A DNA stretch of 64,000 nucleotides from an uncultured Enterobacterales bacterium. GTDB lineage: Bacteria > Myxococcota_A > UBA796 > CAJQPC01. Every line of letters begins with the position of its first letter. Position 1 is the first letter of the stretch. A program made the position numbers and the translations under genes. The notes under the pieces are model-generated. The model had not been told where the DNA came from. It ran no database searches and was given only the letters and a program-made list of their open reading frames with translations. The stretch lies in the NCBI GenBank assembly GCA_964519895.1, contig CAZFLE010000004.1, positions 301 to 64,300 on the forward strand, read 5' to 3'. Positions 42,829-53,700 of this stretch are shown here, piece by piece.

Positions 42829-42867
42829 AACCAAGCTGGGTTGGCGGTCGACAGGGAGCTGCCCGGG

Positions 42868-44580
42868 TCAGGAGGGGGCCGGCTGAGCCCCTCGGATGAG
42901 CCGTCCTGGCAGTGCGCCCGTGGGCTGCCCCTGGGCCATGGTCTGGACCCCCGCGACCCACGTGCCCACGTAGCCCTGGGCTCGCTGGATCAGCCGACGG
43001 CCGCCCGCGGGCAGGTCGAAGACCAGCTCGGGCCGCCCCAAGGACAGCGCGCCATAGTCGATGAGGTTCACGTCGGCGCGGTAGCCGGGCTTGAGCAAGC
43101 CCCGGTCGTGGAGACCGTAGAACGCGGCGGTCTGTGCGGTCTGACGATGCACCACGTGCTCGACGGCCAGCCGCTCGCCCCGGGTCCGGTCCCGGGTCCA
43201 GAAGCTCAGCATGAAGGTCGGCATGCCGCCGTCGCAGATCGACGCGCAGTGGGCTCCGCCGTCGCTCAGGCCCATGCGGGTCCGCGGGTGGCTGTGGAGC
43301 TCGTGGAGCAGATCCAGACCGCCGTCGGAGTAGTTGAAGAGCGGGAAGTAGAGGAAGCCTCCTCCGTCGTGGGCGAGCAAGGCCTCGTAGGCCAGCGCCA
43401 GGGCACTCACCCCCTCGCGCTCGGCCCGTGCCGCCAGGGACTCGCTGGCGTGGGGCTCGTAGCCCTGGCCGTCCTCGAGCACGTACATCTTGTCGAAGGT
43501 CTGGGTGATGTAGGCCTCGAACATGCCCACCTGGTTGGGGGCCTCGGCCAGCAGACGCGCCTTGAAGGCCGGGTCGCGCAGGGTCGCTAGCTGCTCGGGC
43601 CACGGCAGGGCCTCCAGCGCGATCCAGGAAGGGTGGAGCTTGAAGGGGTGAGCGGTGGACTGCCAGTTCATCAGCACGCCGATCGCCCGGCCCGCGCACT
43701 GGGCGAACACCGGGGCGCCCCGGGCGACCGCCGCCTCCAGGCCACTCAAGACCGTGCGCCAGAGCTCGGGCGCGAAGTCGGTCTGGGACAGGTTGAAGAC
43801 CACCGGCCGGCCGGCCTCGGTGGCGAGCTCCTCGATCCACGAGATGTCGTCGTCCAGGGTGACGTGCTCCCCGGCGAGCTCGAACAGCCCGGCCCCCGCG
43901 TCGGCCAGGCCGTGGACCAGTCCCCGGAGCTCCTCGAGCTGGGCAAAGGTCCCGGCGACGAACTGGCCCTCGGCGGTGCGATGCAGGCTGGTGCGACTGG
44001 TCGAGACACCGAGCGCTCCGGCGCGCACCGCCTGGGCCGTGAGTCGGCGCATCTCGGCGATCTGATCGGGGGTGGCGTCCGTGGTCTCCGACGCGCTGGT
44101 GCCCATGACGTAGCCCCGCAGGGCCGAGTGGGGCAGCTGGGTGGCGAAGTCCATGCTCCGGTGCAGGCCCTCGAGCGCGTCCAGGTACTCGGGAAAGGTC
44201 TCCCAGTCCCAGCGGATGCCTTCGCTGAGTGCAGCGCCCGGGATGTCCTCGACCCCCTCCATTACGTTGATCAACCAGTCCCGGTGCTCGGGCCGCACGG
44301 GCGCGAAGCCCACGCCGCAGTTGCCCATCACGACCGTGGTGACCCCGTGCCAGCCCGACGGGGTCAGGTGCGGGTCCCACGTGACCTGGCCGTCGTAGTG
44401 GGTGTGCATGTCGACCCAGCCCGGCGTGACCATCAGGCCCGTGGCGTCGATCTCCTGGTGGCCCCGCAGGCCCTGACCCACCGCCGCGATGCGATCGCCC
44501 TGAAGCGCGACGTCGGCCACAGAGGCCGGTGCGCCCGAGCCGTCCACCACCAGGCCGCCCTTGAACACCACGTCGAACAT
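42868..44580 (-). CDS. N-acyl-D-amino-acid deacylase (D-aminoacylase) family amidohydrolase
   Basis: 570 aa. [16 protein letters not shown]......[13 protein letters not shown]........[20 protein letters not shown] is the characteristic N-terminus of this family, and the length is also typical. Confidence 0.85.
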   Translation of the reverse strand: MFDVVFKGGLVVDGSGAPASVADVALQGDRIAAVGQGLRGHQEIDATGLMVTPGWVDMHTHYDGQVTWDPHLTPSGWHGVTTVVMGNCGVGFAPVRPEHRDWLINVMEGVEDIPGAALSEGIRWDWETFPEYLDALEGLHRSMDFATQLPHSALRGYVMGTSASETTDATPDQIAEMRRLTAQAVRAGALGVSTSRTSLHRTAEGQFVAGTFAQLEELRGLVHGLADAGAGLFELAGEHVTLDDDISWIEELATEAGRPVVFNLSQTDFAPELWRTVLSGLEAAVARGAPVFAQCAGRAIGVLMNWQSTAHPFKLHPSWIALEALPWPEQLATLRDPAFKARLLAEAPNQVGMFEAYITQTFDKMYVLEDGQGYEPHASESLAARAEREGVSALALAYEALLAHDGGGFLYFPLFNYSDGGLDLLHELHSHPRTRMGLSDGGAHCASICDGGMPTFMLSFWTRDRTRGERLAVEHVVHRQTAQTAAFYGLHDRGLLKPGYRADVNLIDYGALSLGRPELVFDLPAGGRRLIQRAQGYVGTWVAGVQTMAQGQPTGALPGRLIRGAQPAPS

Positions 44581-44602
44581 GACCGCACTCCTTGACCCGC
44601 AC

Positions 44603-44637
44603 TGTGAATCATGTTCATAACGTGAACATGGTTCACA
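44603..44637. promoter_or_regulatory. probable TetR operator in the divergent promoter
   Basis: TGTGAATCATGTTCA (44603-44617) and TGAACATGGTTCACA (44623-44637) form 15-bp inverted arms with one mismatch and a 5-nt spacer. The site is AT-rich, lies between the deacylase ATG (44580) and the TetR gene, and overlaps the likely TetR ATG (44628). Confidence 0.6.
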
Positions 44638-45263
44638 CTATTACCCCAGGGGCCCAGCGCCGGCAAGCACGCCGGGCCGCACGGCAGGCCGCATTCCTGG
44701 ACGCAGCCCAGCACATCCTGGAGACCGAAGGGGCCCAGGCATTGACCATCGCCCGACTGGCGCGAGAGCTCGACGTGGCCGTGGGCGGGCTCTACCGCTA
44801 CTTCGACGGCAAGGACGCCCTGGAGGCGGCGCTCCAGGTCCGGGCCATCGACGCCTTTGCACCGCTGCTGGACACGCACCTGGACCAGGCCACCGATCCC
44901 TTGGACGCGGTCCACCGGATCCATCGGGCCTGGCGGGACTTCGGGGACCGCTCGCCGGCGCTCTTCGCCCTGGCCGATCAGTCTCTGTCCAGTCCCGAGC
45001 AGACCCTGTCAGACGACGCGGCCCTGCACGTCGAACAGGCCATCCGAGCGGTGCTGGAGCGCTGTGACCGAGTGCTCGAGGCCGCGGTGGGAGAGGGCGA
45101 GCTGGCCCCAGGCCCGACGCGCCTGCGCACCTTGGCGCTGTGGGCCGCGGTCCACGGCGTGGCCCACTTCCGCAAGCGGGACCGGCTGCTCCCGGAAGAC
45201 CAGCACAGCGACAAGGTCGCCAAGGTGCTGATCGACGGGCTGCTGGCGGGCTGGTCCGCCTGA
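44628..45263 (+). CDS. TetR/AcrR family transcriptional regulator
   Basis: The track ORF starts at TTG 44592; ATG 44628 is preferred. ARRAARQAAFLDAAQHILETEGAQALTIARLARELDVAVGGLYRYF is the TetR HTH signature. Confidence 0.88.
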   Translation: MVHTITPGAQRRQARRAARQAAFLDAAQHILETEGAQALTIARLARELDVAVGGLYRYFDGKDALEAALQVRAIDAFAPLLDTHLDQATDPLDAVHRIHRAWRDFGDRSPALFALADQSLSSPEQTLSDDAALHVEQAIRAVLERCDRVLEAAVGEGELAPGPTRLRTLALWAAVHGVAHFRKRDRLLPEDQHSDKVAKVLIDGLLAGWSA

Positions 45264-45311
45264 ACCGGCCTCGTCTACACTGGGCCCGAGGTCTCGATCC
45301 GGCCCGATGAC

Positions 45312-46511
45312 GTGCTGACGCTGCTCCTACCGCTCGCTTGCACACCGACCCCCGTCACGATCCTGGTGGCCACGACGCCGCCGAGCGACACGGACACGAT
45401 CCCCACCGACACGGCCGACCCCACCGAGCAGGTGCCTGCGGTCGAGGAGCCCGCGGTGGGCGCCGCCCTGTTCGACGAGTCGTCGATCCCCCACCTGGAG
45501 CTCCTGCTGTCCGACGCCTCCATGGAGGCTCTGCGGGTGGACCCGCGGACCTATGTGCCGGCCACCTTCATCCACGGCGACGTGACCCTGGAGCCCGTGG
45601 GTGTTCGCACCAAGGGCAGCGGCAGCTGGCAGCCCATCGACGACAAGCCCTCCCTCAAGATCAAGATCGACGAGTACGAAGACGAGCTGCGCTACCTGGG
45701 CATGTCCGAGATCACCCTCAACAACATGTCGTCGGACTACTCGATGATGCACGAGCGGGTGGCCTACCGCGTGTTCCGGGACATGGGCGTGCCCGCCAGC
45801 CGGACCCACCACACCTGGCTCACGCTGAACGGCGACGAGTACGGCCTCTACACCCACATCGAGGGCGCCACCAAGACCCTGATCCAGCCCTGGTACGACG
45901 ACGGCGGCACCCTGTGGGAGCTGGCGGGCGGCGAGTTCGAAGACGCCTACATCGACTACTTCGCCCAGAAATTCGGCCCCGACGACCGGAGCGCCATCCT
46001 GGCCGCGACCGAAGCGCTGGCCGGCGACGGCGCCTTCGACCCAGAGGTCCTGAACCAGAGCCTCGACCTGGACGTCTACCTGTCCTACTGGGCCGTCTGC
46101 GCCTGGACCGGCCACTACGACGGCTACCCCTACCGCTACCCGGGCGACGACGCCTACGTGTACTTCGACCCCGAGTCCGGGCAGCTGAAGTTCCTGCCCC
46201 ACGGGGTCGACGAGTCCTTCTACTACAGCGACTGGCTGCCCCAGGACGGGGTCACGTCCCGCCTGGGCTGGAAGTGCCTGGCGACCCCGGAGTGCGAGGC
46301 GGCCTGGCGAGCGCGGGTGCACGAGGTCGCCCAAGAGATGGAGGTCCTGGACTTCGGACCGTGGATCAAGGACGTGCGCGCCCAGATCGCCGAGCTCACG
46401 GTCGCGGACACCCGCAAGCCGTACACCGACGACAACGTGACGGCGTACCAGGACTTCTTGGAGGACATGGTCGAGAACCGGACCGCCCAGCTGGAAGCGC
46501 TGGTGCCGTGA
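45312..46511 (+). CDS. CotH-family (atypical kinase) lipoprotein
   Basis: 399 aa with a GTG start. The lipobox is LLLPLAC. ...VGVRTKGSGSWQPIDDKPSLKIKIDEY...ITLNNM..D.S.M.E..AY..FR..GVPASR......LNG...GLY...E matches the CotH core. Confidence 0.8.
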   Translation: MLTLLLPLACTPTPVTILVATTPPSDTDTIPTDTADPTEQVPAVEEPAVGAALFDESSIPHLELLLSDASMEALRVDPRTYVPATFIHGDVTLEPVGVRTKGSGSWQPIDDKPSLKIKIDEYEDELRYLGMSEITLNNMSSDYSMMHERVAYRVFRDMGVPASRTHHTWLTLNGDEYGLYTHIEGATKTLIQPWYDDGGTLWELAGGEFEDAYIDYFAQKFGPDDRSAILAATEALAGDGAFDPEVLNQSLDLDVYLSYWAVCAWTGHYDGYPYRYPGDDAYVYFDPESGQLKFLPHGVDESFYYSDWLPQDGVTSRLGWKCLATPECEAAWRARVHEVAQEMEVLDFGPWIKDVRAQIAELTVADTRKPYTDDNVTAYQDFLEDMVENRTAQLEALVP

Positions 46512-46518
46512 GCGACCC

Positions 46519-49125
46519 CTACATCGGGGGCGCTTGCTCGCGCTCCCACTCGACGGTCGCGTCCAGGACCTGGCCGATCTCGGCGGCGAGCCGCTCCAGG
46601 TGGGCACGGCTGGTGCGTTCACTCATGCGCGGTGCGGCTCGCTTGCACAGCCGCTGCAGCTCGGTCAGCTCCAGCCGGGCCAGCGAGACCGCGTCTGCCG
46701 GGGCCCCGGGATTCTGGTGCAGCGCGGTGGCGACCAGATGGTCCACGTGGCTCTGCTGCAGGGTGCGCCGGTGGGAGTCGATGGGCCCCCGCAGGCTCAG
46801 CTCGGACCAGATGGTCTTGCGCAGGGTCGAGAACAGCTCGTCGATGCTGAGGGTGTCGTCGGTCATCACCGACACGTCGACCATGCGGCTCAGGCGGGCC
46901 GGGTCGAAGAGCATGGCCAGCGGGGCGCCCTGGACCTGGGCCACGACCTCGTGCAGCGGGTAGTCCTGGCGATAGGCCGTGAAGCGGCTCCACTCCAGGT
47001 CCCCCAGCTGGTCCATCTGGAGCATGGCCTGGAGGTCGGCCGGCAGATCGAAGGTCCCGGGGGCCCAGATCTCGTCGGCGAGGAAGTCCAGTGCAGCCCG
47101 CTGATCTGCGGCGCTCACCGGCGTGAAGGGCAGCGCGCCGCCCTCGTCGCCCACGTGGGAGCGGTCCTGGTACAGGCCGCCGATGTGCTTGGCCGCGACC
47201 AACCCGCCCAGCACGTAGTTGCGCCAGGTGCGGTCGAAGCCGCTGCGCACGGCGTTGTAGTCCCCACCCTGGACCGCCAGCTCCCCCAGGTTCTCCCACA
47301 GCCGATCGACCAAGGAGATGTTGTAGGCGAACCAAGCCAGGGGCTCCGAGGAGTAGTCGTAGCGGGAGACCCGTGGGTCCAGGTGGGCGCCCCAGAACCC
47401 GGCGTCTTCGTCGGTCGAGAAGGCGTAGTCGGGCAGCGCGCCCTTGGCCGCCAGGGCCTGGAGCCCAGCGGCTTCGGCGTCGGCGTCGGCGAAGACCCGG
47501 TAGCCGTACTCGACGGCGTGCCGGTCGTAGCTGCCGACCGCCATGGGCAGGTAGGGGCCCTGGCTCTGGCCCTCGGGGGCGATGACCGGCGGGTTGTAGT
47601 CCATGACCGACGTGGCGGTGGCCAGGTGGTCCTCGGTCCAGTCCAGCAGGGTCTCCATGTCGTAGCGACCGGATGCCAGGAAGTTGTGGCGCAGGCCCAG
47701 GGTGTGGCCGACCTCGTGGGCCGAGACCTCGGCGACGTACTGGCGCACGTACTCCTGTTCTTCTTCGCTGGACCAGCCGCGGGTGGCGCCGACCAGGTCG
47801 TAGGCGAAGCCCGCGGCCATGGCCTTCTCGCTGGCCAGGGTGCAGTGGGCCGTGCCCGGGCGGGTGGCGCTTCGGATCAGGTCCTGGACCCCGCTGACCG
47901 GGTCGACCCAGTAGTTGTGGCCTGCGATGGCGCCGAAGCGGATCAGGCCGTCGCTGAAGCCGATGTCCGCGTCCAGGATCTGGCCCGTGCGCGGGTCGTG
48001 GTGGCTGGGGCCGATGGCGAAGCTGGCGTCATAGGTGAGGAACCACCGGATGGTGTTGTAGCGAACGTCGGCCGGGTCCCAGTCCGCGTCGTCGGGCTGC
48101 TGCTTGACCACGATGGCGTTGGAGATGCCGGCCTGTTCGAAGGCGGCGTTCCAGAACAGCACCCCTTCGGTCATCGCGGCCCGGTAGCGCTCGGGCACGG
48201 TGTTCTCGAGCCAGAAGACGATGGGCTCCACCGGGTCGCTGACGGGGGCTGCGGGGTCCTGCTTCTCCAGGTGCCAGCGGCTGAGCCACCGCTCCCGGGG
48301 CACGTCGGGCCCGGTGTCGCTGTAGTTCAGGTGGCGCTGGAGGAAGTAGCCGACCCGCTGATCGGCGACCCGCGGCACGTAGCCGTCGTCCGGCAGCTGC
48401 AACAGGCTGTAGTGGAAGGACACGGTCAGGGCCTTGAGGTCGGGCACGACCACCGACCAGTCCTCGCTGTCGCCCACGAAGCGGGTGGTGACCTGGAGCT
48501 CGCTGTTGGCCGGGAATGACTTCACATCGGTCACCAGGGAGTTGTCCCCGTCCAGGCCATAGCCGCCCTGGTAGCGCTGGCCGAGCACCTTGGCGAAGCC
48601 GACGATGTCCTGCTGGGCGAACAGGGCGCCCAGGTCCACGAGCACCGCGCCACCCTCGACCGCGGGCATGCTGGCGACCGTGGCCGCCGTGATCACCGAG
48701 TCGCTGAAGGACTTGTCCAGGGCGCGTTCCTCGGGGGTACCCTCGTCGGCCCGGAAGGTCAGGTTGCGCTGGACCACCTGGACCTGGTTGCCTTGGCGAC
48801 GCAGCTGGAACACGAAGGCGTCCATCATGATCGTGCCGTACAGGCCCCGCTCGCCGACCGAGCCGTCCATCTTCAGCGACATCATGTAGTCGGTGTCCCA
48901 CTGGTCCTCGCCCACGGCCCAGAGCACCACGCCGGTGTCCGGGTCCCGGTAGAAGTCGAACAAGCCCTCGATGGCATCGTGCCCGTCGATGACCTCCTCG
49001 AACGGCGGGAAGTCGCCCTCTGGCGGCGCTTCTTCGTCGCCCTTGTTGCGGTTGAACAACCCGGCATGGGCCGTTGCCGGTGCCACCAGCGGGAACAGGA
49101 GCAACAGCATCGACAGGGTGCGCAC
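46519..49125 (-). CDS. secreted zinc-dependent metalloprotease (DUF4953/DUF5117-type)
   Basis: 868 aa. The signal peptide is MRTLSMLLLLFPLVAPATAHA. The HExxH site with a downstream His is VSAHEVGHTLGLRHNF. The size and layout resemble the large bacterial zinc-dependent metalloprotease family. Confidence 0.8.
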   Translation of the reverse strand: MRTLSMLLLLFPLVAPATAHAGLFNRNKGDEEAPPEGDFPPFEEVIDGHDAIEGLFDFYRDPDTGVVLWAVGEDQWDTDYMMSLKMDGSVGERGLYGTIMMDAFVFQLRRQGNQVQVVQRNLTFRADEGTPEERALDKSFSDSVITAATVASMPAVEGGAVLVDLGALFAQQDIVGFAKVLGQRYQGGYGLDGDNSLVTDVKSFPANSELQVTTRFVGDSEDWSVVVPDLKALTVSFHYSLLQLPDDGYVPRVADQRVGYFLQRHLNYSDTGPDVPRERWLSRWHLEKQDPAAPVSDPVEPIVFWLENTVPERYRAAMTEGVLFWNAAFEQAGISNAIVVKQQPDDADWDPADVRYNTIRWFLTYDASFAIGPSHHDPRTGQILDADIGFSDGLIRFGAIAGHNYWVDPVSGVQDLIRSATRPGTAHCTLASEKAMAAGFAYDLVGATRGWSSEEEQEYVRQYVAEVSAHEVGHTLGLRHNFLASGRYDMETLLDWTEDHLATATSVMDYNPPVIAPEGQSQGPYLPMAVGSYDRHAVEYGYRVFADADAEAAGLQALAAKGALPDYAFSTDEDAGFWGAHLDPRVSRYDYSSEPLAWFAYNISLVDRLWENLGELAVQGGDYNAVRSGFDRTWRNYVLGGLVAAKHIGGLYQDRSHVGDEGGALPFTPVSAADQRAALDFLADEIWAPGTFDLPADLQAMLQMDQLGDLEWSRFTAYRQDYPLHEVVAQVQGAPLAMLFDPARLSRMVDVSVMTDDTLSIDELFSTLRKTIWSELSLRGPIDSHRRTLQQSHVDHLVATALHQNPGAPADAVSLARLELTELQRLCKRAAPRMSERTSRAHLERLAAEIGQVLDATVEWEREQAPPM

Positions 49126-49153
49126 AGGACCTCCTCGGGGCGGGTCCTGCTGC

Positions 49154-50713
49154 CTAATCCCTCGGCAGGCTCCCCGGGTGGGCGACCTTGCGCAGCAGGC
49201 TGCAGGTGACCGGTCCCCAGCGAGGGTTCGGCGGCAGCGGGCACAGGTCCTGGCAGGTGTCGCGGCAGGGCTCGGCGAAGCGCGAGGGCGCGGGCTGGGC
49301 GTGGCCCTGGCCGATCACCGTGAAGCCCAGGCCGGTCTCTGGACCGTCGGCGCCGGGCCGGTGCGCCTCGAGGTAGTCCACGAAGGCGGTCCGCCCCAGC
49401 TCGATGCCGAAGCGGCCCGGGTCCTGGCTCCAGGGAGACCCAGGCTCCAGCTCGATGGAGAAGGCCCGGACCCCCACGCGGATGCGACTGGCCGCCTGCT
49501 GACAGGTCGCGGCGAGCTCCCGGGCTCGCTGGCCGCCATCGTCGGGCTCCCAGGGCAGGTTCGAGGTGAAGAACAGGACCAGGTCGACCCCGGCGGCGTC
49601 ACAGGTCCGCACCGTCTCCAGCAGGCCCTCGTTCGACAGGAACATGCCCCGAGCTCGCTTGCGCACCGCTTCGTCGGCGCTGTCCGGGGACACGGCGATC
49701 GCGGGCCGACGAAAGGTCTCCGCCAAGCCCTGGACCAGGTCCGGGTGCGGGAGCTTGTAGCTCTCGAACAGGATCTCCGGACGGTGACCGCTGGCGCGGA
49801 CCTTGTCGAACACATTGAGCCAGTAGCGGGGGTCGTCCGGGGTCGGATCGAAGCACGCGTGAACGCCCCGGAAGCCCATGTCCATGGCCTGACCGATCAG
49901 CTCGGCGACCCGCTGGGAGCTGGCGCGGGTGTACCGCTTGCGGCCCGAGTGGAGCGCGTGGGCCGTGCGCCCGCCCCCGCACCAGGAGCAGTCGAACACG
50001 CAGCCGCGCCCTACCGGGAGCACGAAGTACCGCCGTGAGCTGCCGAAGAAGCGCTGCGCCCCCCGCATGACCCAGCGGGCCCGCCGCCCGTGGGGCAGGT
50101 AGTGCGGGCCGCACCAGTCGCGGATGTAGCGGGCCCGGTGTCGCAACAGGTCCAAGCGCTCGTAGGGGAGAGCGTTCAGGGTGGCCCCGTCGACCACGTA
50201 GCTCAGGGGATTCTGGCGAATGCCCTCGGGTGCCCGCCAGGTCAGGTTGGGCACGTCGGCGAGGGGTGTGCCCGCGTCCAGGGCCGCGGCCAGGACCGAC
50301 AGCGGGCGCTCCCCATCCCCGCGGATGACCCCGTCGATCTCGGGCACCGTTGCCAGGATCTCGTCGTGGAAGAGGCTGGCGGTGAAGCCCCCCAGCACCA
50401 CGTAGGCACCCGGGTTCGCAGCCTTGATCGCCCGGGCGGTCTGGATGGTCTCCCAGGTCTGCGGGTGCCAGTGCAGGGACAGTCCGACCAGCGCGGCGCC
50501 GCGCTCGGCGCAGTGTCGCCCGGCCTCGAAGCCCGGGTCCTCGGCCTGTTCCACGCCCAGGTGCAGCAGCTCGACGTCGTGACCGTCGTTGGCCAGCACG
50601 CCCCCCAGGGCCGGCAGGCCCACCGCCATGCAGTTCACCGAGCTCGCCGGGCCCAGCGGGCCGAAGTCGTCGCGCAGCTTGGGCGCGTGCACGAGCTGTA
50701 CGGTCAGGGGCAT
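49154..50713 (-). CDS. B12-binding-domain radical SAM protein (second copy in the window)
   Basis: 519 aa. The N-terminal region is HDVELLHLG...ALVGLSLHW...YVVLGGFTAS...IDGVIRGDGE. It is followed by VGRGCVFDCSWCGG (CxxxCxxC). Confidence 0.8.
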   Translation of the reverse strand: MPLTVQLVHAPKLRDDFGPLGPASSVNCMAVGLPALGGVLANDGHDVELLHLGVEQAEDPGFEAGRHCAERGAALVGLSLHWHPQTWETIQTARAIKAANPGAYVVLGGFTASLFHDEILATVPEIDGVIRGDGERPLSVLAAALDAGTPLADVPNLTWRAPEGIRQNPLSYVVDGATLNALPYERLDLLRHRARYIRDWCGPHYLPHGRRARWVMRGAQRFFGSSRRYFVLPVGRGCVFDCSWCGGGRTAHALHSGRKRYTRASSQRVAELIGQAMDMGFRGVHACFDPTPDDPRYWLNVFDKVRASGHRPEILFESYKLPHPDLVQGLAETFRRPAIAVSPDSADEAVRKRARGMFLSNEGLLETVRTCDAAGVDLVLFFTSNLPWEPDDGGQRARELAATCQQAASRIRVGVRAFSIELEPGSPWSQDPGRFGIELGRTAFVDYLEAHRPGADGPETGLGFTVIGQGHAQPAPSRFAEPCRDTCQDLCPLPPNPRWGPVTCSLLRKVAHPGSLPRD

Positions 50714-50756
50714 CGGGTCCGACGGAGGGAGGGCGCGGGGTCATCGTAGCCGGTGT

Positions 50757-53700
50757 TCAGTCGTCCTTGAGCCAGCTCGGCTTCTGGCGCTTGCGCACAG
50801 CGGTCCGCCGTCCGGAGCGCGGGCGGGCGCCGCGATCCGGCCGGGGCTGGGGACGGGGCTGGGGTTCGGGCTCGGGGTCTTCGATCTCCTCGCTGTCGTC
50901 GTCGTCCTCGATCTCCAGGACCGTTGCGTCGAAGACCTCCTCGACCCGCTCTTCCTCGTCCTCGATCTCCAGCGCGGAGGCGTCGAAGACCTCCTCGATG
51001 AGCGGCTCTTCGTCCTCGACCACGTCGGCGGTGAAGTCTTCGACCTCCTCGACCTCCTCGACTTCCTCCTCGACCTCCATCGCCGTGGCGTCCACCACCT
51101 CGTCGACTTCGGGCTCCGGCTCCGGCTCCGGCTCCGGCTCGGGGCGGAGCACCTTGGCCGCGGGCTTGGCAATGGGCTCGCTGCGGTCGCGATCGTCGGA
51201 CTTGCCCAACAGGGACTGCCAGCTGGCCTTCAGAGCCTCCCGGTCCATCATGACCGTCTTGGGCTCGTCGTCCTGGGCGGCCGGAGGCGGCGGCTGGGAC
51301 GGGGCCGGCTTCTCCATCGGCTCGCTGTGCTCCTTGAGCATCGCCTGCCACTTGGCGGCGAGGGCCGAGCGATCCATCATCACCGTGGCGGGCTCGTCGG
51401 CTTCGGGTGCCGGCGTGGGCGCGGCGGGCTCGGGGGCTGCGGCTGCGGGGACCGGCACCGCCTCGAAGCCCTTGGGCAGGGCGCCGGGCTCGCGGAGCCG
51501 CTTGGCCTTGCGGCGGCCCATGGGCCTCGACGTCGTGGTGGTCACCACGGGCCCCGCAGCGGCTTCGGCGTCCAACACCGCCTGCTGGGCAGCAGCCAGC
51601 GCCGTGCGCGCGGCCTGGACCGCCTCTGTGGCCGGCGCCACAGCCTTGCGGGCGGTGTCGTAGAGACGCTTTGCCGACAGGCAGGCGGTCATGGCCTCCT
51701 GGAAGGCCAGCTCCTCGCCCTGCCTGGCCGCCTGGTGCATGAAGACCGCCGACGAAGCCTCCACGGCCTTGGCCTGGGCGTCTGTCAGCGCGGCTTCGGC
51801 GGCGGTGGCAGCCATGGTGGCAAAGTCCAGGGAGCCCTCGTCCTGGGCAGGGCCGGCCTGGGCAGCGGCCTCGGTGAGCTGGTCGCTCAGCGCACTGCGG
51901 CGCGGCCCCGTGGCGTCGTGGGCGGCACCGGCCTGGGCGACCTGTTCCAGGAGTCGATCCCGGCTCGCCCTGGCCTCGGCCAGGGCCCCATCGCTCAGCG
52001 CGAGCAGGGATCGGGCCTCGTCCAGGCGGGCCTGGAGCGCGGCGGTGGCCTCACTCTGGGCGGCGGCCTGGGCCTGGGCGCGCTGGAGGGCCTCCTGGGC
52101 CTCGGTGTGGGCGGTGCGGGCCGCCGCGACCGCGTCCCCCGCACCGGCCAGGGCCTCCCGGGCCGCCGTCGCCACGGACGAAGCCCCGTCCCAGGCCGAG
52201 CCCGCCGCCGTCACGGCCTGCTCAGCTGACGCCCGGGCCTCTGCGGCGGCCCCCACCACAGCCGTGGCCTCGCCAGCGGCGGCCGTGGCGGCGGCCAGCC
52301 CGGTCTCGGCTTGGGCCAGCGCCTGGGTCGGACCGCTCAGGTCGGCAGCCGGTGCAGCGTCGCTCGCCGCGGCGGCCTCGTCGACCTGCTCGTCCAGGTC
52401 CATGCCGATCCGGCCCTTGGCCAGTGTGTTGTTCCCGAAGGCCTCGCTGGCGCTCGCCGCGGCCTGGCGCGCCTGGTCGGCGTGCGCCCGGGCCGTCGTG
52501 AGTGCGGCCTGGGCCTGGTCGGCGACCTGGCGTGCTTCGGCCAGCCGAGCCTGGAGTGCCGCCGCCGCATCGCTTCGGGCGACCAGGGCCAGCTGGGCTT
52601 CGTCCACCGCGAGCTGGGCTGCGTCGCGGGCCGCGAGAGCGCTCTCCGCAAGCCCCCTGGCCTCGGTCACAGCGGCCTGGGCGGCCTGGGCGGCCTCGTG
52701 GCAGGCGCTGACGGCTCGGGCGGTCGCTTCCTGGGACGACGTGGACTGGGCCAGGGCCTGGGCGCCCGCCTCCCGTGCGGCCTGGGCCGTCGTGGCACCG
52801 CTCCCCGCTTCGTCCAGCACTGCCTGGGCCCCGGCCAGGGCCTCGTCGGCGCTCGCCAGAGATCCGCCGTCCGAGCCCGATGCCTCGGCCAGGTCGGCCG
52901 ACGCCTGGGCCACGTCTGCGGCACGGCCGTCGGCTCGGGTGCGGGCGTCGGCAGCAGCCTGTGCGGCCGTCTCGGTGACCGCACGCCGCTCGTCCCGACC
53001 GACCGTGGCCGTGTCGAGGTCCTGGGTGGCCTGATCCAGCCGGCCCTGCGCCTGGACCAGGGTCGCCTGGAGCGCCGCCGCGGCCTCGTCCTTGGCGGCC
53101 GCCGCCTGCTGGGCTTGGCCCAGGGCATCCTGGGCCCCGGAGAGGGCTTCCCGTGCCGACATGACATGGGTCAGCGCGTCTTCCCGGGCCTGGTTCGCCG
53201 CCTCGCAGACCCCGCGAGCTTCGGCGAGAGAAGACCCGGCGCCACTGGCGGCGTCACCGGCCTGGGCCACGGCTTCGGCGGTCTGGTCGCGGGCCTGGAC
53301 ACCCTCGTCGAGACCAGCCTGGGCCGCGGTCAGCTGCTCGTCTGCGTCGGCCAGCGCCTGCTCGGCCGTGGACACGGCCCCGTCGTCGTCGGAGACGCCT
53401 GTGAGCGCAGCGACCTCCTCGGCCATCTGCCCCGCTCGCATCTCCTGGTGCTCGACGTGGGTGGCCAGCTCTTCGGCGGCCGCAGTGACGGCGGCCTGGG
53501 CCGCCGTCGCGGCTTCCTGGGCCTGGGCCAGGGCGGTGTCACCCTCTGCGAGCGCCTGGCGGGCCGCGTCCAGCGTCGCCTCGAGTGCACCGGCTGCCTC
53601 TGCGTGCTGGGCGGCGGCCTGCTGGGCGGTCTCGAGGTCCGCCTGGGCCTGGGAATGGGCCTGCTGGCACGCCGCCAGGACTTCCTGAGCACCGACCACC

